Assembly: GCA_949287085.1 (NCBI GenBank)
Contig: CASEER010000004.1
Span: forward strand, 16,319-80,318
Source: an uncultured Coriobacteriaceae bacterium
Lineage (GTDB): Bacteria; Actinomycetota; Coriobacteriia; Coriobacteriales; Coriobacteriaceae
Reading direction: 5' to 3'
DNA length: 64,000 nucleotides
Shown: positions 60,934-64,000 of the stretch, piece by piece
Layout of the letters: each line of letters starts with the position of its first letter
Position numbering within the stretch: the stretch's first letter is position 1
The notes under the pieces: generated by a model
The model's input: only the letters and a program-made list of their open reading frames with translations
What the model was told of the DNA's origin: nothing
Database searches by the model: none
Position numbers and translations under genes: made by a program

Positions 60934-61401
60934 TTAAGCAGGAACAATGAGCATATCACCCGGCTGGAGCATGCTGGAGTCAAGATCGTTCCACGCGCGA
61001 ATGAGCTCGGTTGTTTGCTGGGTCGAGAGCCCATCTACCTGATGCGCCTCGGCGAGCGACCACAGGCTGGCGCCGACACCTACCGTTACGGTTTGCTGCG
61101 GCGTGTTAGCAAGTGCGGCATCAAATGCCTGTGCAGGACGATCGAGCATGGTCCATGCCGCCGCAAGCACGCATCCCAGCAGCGCGACGAGCACCACGGC
61201 CGTTACCACCAGCTGTGCGCGCGTCCTTTCGGCAGCGCGCGGCGCACTGTTTACGTACTCGTTCTGAGCCAGTTCGACATACGGGCGTGCCGGAAGCTCA
61301 ACGATCGTCGTGTTATACGGGCGCGCCGGCGATACCTGATAAGCTGAGTCAAGCGAACGCGCAAGGTTTCCCTCAACGAGTGCAAATGAAGTGTTATGCA
61401 T
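60934..61401 (-). CDS. Membrane-anchored LysM protein, probable SOS cell-division inhibitor (YneA/ChiZ-like)
   Basis: Single TM segment, C-terminal LysM (SLWSLA...N.L....LQPGD.LIVP), divergent from lexA. Confidence 0.85.
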   Translation of the reverse strand: MHNTSFALVEGNLARSLDSAYQVSPARPYNTTIVELPARPYVELAQNEYVNSAPRAAERTRAQLVVTAVVLVALLGCVLAAAWTMLDRPAQAFDAALANTPQQTVTVGVGASLWSLAEAHQVDGLSTQQTTELIRAWNDLDSSMLQPGDMLIVPA

Positions 61402-61472
61402 GGGAACTCCTTCCCTCGGCTTTGATGTTGAAACCGTTATATCGTGGCGTCCGGACAATAAATCTGGCGAAA

Positions 61473-61540
61473 GAACGAATGTTCGTGTATTATTATCTTC
61501 GAACAGTTGTTCCTGTCAAGCAAAAAACGAACAAATGTTT
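61473..61540. promoter_or_regulatory. Three LexA (Cheo-type) SOS boxes
   Basis: GAACGAATGTTC 61473-61484, GAACAGTTGTTC 61501-61512, GAACAAATGTTT 61529-61540. Confidence 0.88.
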
Positions 61541-61556
61541 CGTCGAAGGGAGAACC

Positions 61557-62198
61557 ATGGCACGCAAGATTTCGAAGCGGCAGCAGCAGATCTACGATTA
61601 CATTCGTGCGTACCAGCAGGAGAAGGGGTATCCGCCCAGCGTGCGCGAGATGGCGGCTGCGGTGGGGCTCTCCTCCCCTTCGACCGTTCACGCACATCTG
61701 AGTGCGCTTGAGGCCCGCGGCCTGATTAAGCGTGATGCCACAAAGCCTCGTGCGCTCGAGCTGTTTAACGAGGACGGCACGTCGGTCAATACCGCCGAAG
61801 TCAAAGAGTCCCCTGATCGCGGAACGGTAACGCTGCCGCTGGTGGGAAGGGTTGCTGCCGGCATGCCCATTCTTGCCGAGCAAAACGTGGAGGACACGTT
61901 TACCCTACCCACCGAGATTGCGACCGATGCCTCGTCCTTTGTCTTGGAGGTTCACGGCGACTCGATGATCAACGCTGGCATTTTTAACGGCGACTACTTG
62001 GTGGTGCGTGAGCAAAACAGCGCCATGAACGGCGAAATCGTCGTTGCGATGATCGACAACGAGGCCACCGTTAAAACCTTCTATAAAGAGCGCGGTCGCG
62101 TGCGCTTACAGCCCGAAAACGATGCTATGGAGCCCATCTATGCCGAGAATCCTAAGATTCTGGGCAAGGTCGTTGCTCTTATGCGCCGTCTTGCTTAG
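61557..62198 (+). CDS. lexA: SOS repressor LexA
   Basis: GYPPSVRE, VAAG cleavage site, GDSM (Ser), TVK (Lys). Confidence 0.98.
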   Translation: MARKISKRQQQIYDYIRAYQQEKGYPPSVREMAAAVGLSSPSTVHAHLSALEARGLIKRDATKPRALELFNEDGTSVNTAEVKESPDRGTVTLPLVGRVAAGMPILAEQNVEDTFTLPTEIATDASSFVLEVHGDSMINAGIFNGDYLVVREQNSAMNGEIVVAMIDNEATVKTFYKERGRVRLQPENDAMEPIYAENPKILGKVVALMRRLA

Positions 62199-62203
62199 CT
62201 GCC

Positions 62204-62941
62204 ATGTCGGTTTCACAGACCACAACGATGCCACGGCACGAGCGCATCGCCTTCTTTGATTCCCTGCGAGGCTTTACCATCCTGTCTATGATTGGGTTTC
62301 ACGCATCGTATGATGCGGCCTACCTGTACGGGTTCTCGTTGCCGTGGTTTACCGACCCGCTGATACAATCCATCTGGCGTGGCTCAATTAGCTGGGTGTT
62401 TTTGCTTCTTGCCGGTTGGATGACCACGTTTTCTCGGAATAACCTCAAGCGTGGATGCGTCTATGCCGCGGCGGCGTTCGTGGTGTTTATTGCAACCAGC
62501 ATCGCCGGTGTTGATACCGCCGTAACCTTTGGCATCCTGTTCTGCATGGCGGCTTCAACGCTTTTAGCGGCCGCGCTCAAGGCAGTGTTGGAGCATATTC
62601 CCTCACCTGCGGGGCTCATAGGCGCGCTTGCCCTCTTTGCACTCACGTATACGGTGCCGCAGACCCGCTATGCCGTTAGCGGGCTCTCGTGGCTAGGGTT
62701 CCCTTCGCCTACCTTTACCTCGGGCGATTACTATCCGCTCATCCCGTTCTTCTTTATGTATGCTGCAGGTATCTTTTCGGCGCGCTGGTTTTCTGAACGG
62801 CATACGGCGGGGTATCCCGCCTGGATGGTAAACGCCCATGTGCCCGTTCTCGAACAGGTCGGCAAGCTTAGTTTGCCCATCTACCTCATACATCAGCCGG
62901 TGTTGATTGTTCTCTTCAGCGTTGTGACGGGCGCGTGGTAG
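62204..62941 (+). CDS. DUF1624 / heparan-alpha-glucosaminide N-acetyltransferase-like membrane protein
   Basis: DSLRG...FH..YD, FGIL, DYYPLIP, SLPIYLIHQP. Confidence 0.85.
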   Translation: MSVSQTTTMPRHERIAFFDSLRGFTILSMIGFHASYDAAYLYGFSLPWFTDPLIQSIWRGSISWVFLLLAGWMTTFSRNNLKRGCVYAAAAFVVFIATSIAGVDTAVTFGILFCMAASTLLAAALKAVLEHIPSPAGLIGALALFALTYTVPQTRYAVSGLSWLGFPSPTFTSGDYYPLIPFFFMYAAGIFSARWFSERHTAGYPAWMVNAHVPVLEQVGKLSLPIYLIHQPVLIVLFSVVTGAW

Positions 62942-62981
62942 CGCCATGTGAAGAAACGGCGCACCGTTAATCATTATGGCG

Positions 62982-64000
62982 TTATGAGTAAGCTGCCGGG
63001 CTACCGGAGCGATATGCAGCCAAACGACCGGCAATACGGCCGGGTAGCTTAACCAGCACGTGAACGCCATCGGGCTCATAGGTCTCCTGAAGCACCTGCC
63101 CACAGGAATGAACAAGCTGCAGCGGAGCACCGTCAGCATAGGGGATGTACAGGTCAACAAGTTCATCGAGGGCAGCCGCTTCACGGGCAATGCGCTCTAC
63201 CAGCTCGTCAATATGGGCTCCCGTAAGCGCCGATACCATCACGGCATGCGGGTAGATGCGCCCCAGATCGAGCAAGGTCTCAGGCGGGGTGCAGTCAATT
63301 TTGTTAAAGACCACCAGAGCACGGGTTTCGCCCGCGCCGATCTCGTCAAGCACCCGGTCAACGGCATCAAGCTGACGAGTCAGGTTTTCATCGGATGCGT
63401 CCGCCACCTTGAGAATCAGGTCGGCCTCACGGACCTCGGAAAGCGTCGATTTAAACGCGTCAACCAGGCTATGGGGAAGCTTCTGAATAAATCCAACGGT
63501 GTCGGTGATGGTCATCGCACGGCCACCCGGCAGACGGTATGCACGCGTGGTGGGATCAAGCGTCGCAAAAAGCTTGTCCTGCGCCAGAACGCTTGAACCC
63601 GTCAGACGATTAAGCAGGGACGATTTACCAGCATTAGTGTATCCTGCGAGCGCTACGCGAAACGCCGGAGACGCAATGCGTTCCTTTGATTGGACCATGC
63701 GCCGTTGTTCAACATCTTTGAGTTCGCGGCGCACTACAGCGATACGGTCGCGCACCATGCGTCGGTCGACCTCGAGCTGGCTCTCGCCCTGGCCAAAACG
63801 GCTTCCAATACCGCCGCGCGTCTGCTCCTTTGCCAGATGGCTCCACATGCCGCGCAAACGCGGGAGCAAGTACTGAAGCTGCGCAAGCTGCACCTGCAAA
63901 CGGCCCTCACGCGTTTGAGCATGAAGGCCAAAGATATCAAGGATGAGCGCGGTGCGATCGATGATTTTAACAGGTTCCCCTACCGCCTTTTCGAGGTTAG
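62982..64000 (-). CDS. hflX: GTPase HflX (5' end beyond the window)
   Basis: DRTALILDIF, LAQLQY, GYTNAGKS, LFATLD, DTVGF, NKID. Confidence 0.97.
   Translation of the reverse strand, partial: NLEKAVGEPVKIIDRTALILDIFGLHAQTREGRLQVQLAQLQYLLPRLRGMWSHLAKEQTRGGIGSRFGQGESQLEVDRRMVRDRIAVVRRELKDVEQRRMVQSKERIASPAFRVALAGYTNAGKSSLLNRLTGSSVLAQDKLFATLDPTTRAYRLPGGRAMTITDTVGFIQKLPHSLVDAFKSTLSEVREADLILKVADASDENLTRQLDAVDRVLDEIGAGETRALVVFNKIDCTPPETLLDLGRIYPHAVMVSALTGAHIDELVERIAREAAALDELVDLYIPYADGAPLQLVHSCGQVLQETYEPDGVHVLVKLPGRIAGRLAAYRSGSPAAYS

Overview
This is a high-GC bacterial core-genome window, most consistent with Coriobacteriia (Collinsella/Enorma-like). That call is inferred from two things: actinobacterial synteny (hflX-lexA-LysM-nrdR; pgsA-FHA-MerR) combined with Firmicute-like genes (glyQS, trmFO, degV, long rnhB). 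It holds about 60 housekeeping CDSs (translation, MEP pathway, lipid, CoA, DNA repair/transformation) and 5 tRNA genes. I see no CRISPR, prophage, IS or defence island. Nearly all genes up to ~57.3 kb lie on +, and most genes after it lie on -. A 28-bp dif-like site sits at that switch (57304-57331), so the window probably spans the replication terminus. Other notable items: a 19-bp tandem duplication frameshifting proS; two identical tRNA-Ala genes in divergent inverted orientation; a dispersed REP-like palindromic repeat family bracketing dinB; a winged-helix-like insert in RseP; Cys/Asp hexapeptide repeats on YraN; LexA and NrdR boxes; and two uncharacterised radical-SAM modules. All calls come from motif recognition by eye; no searches were run.
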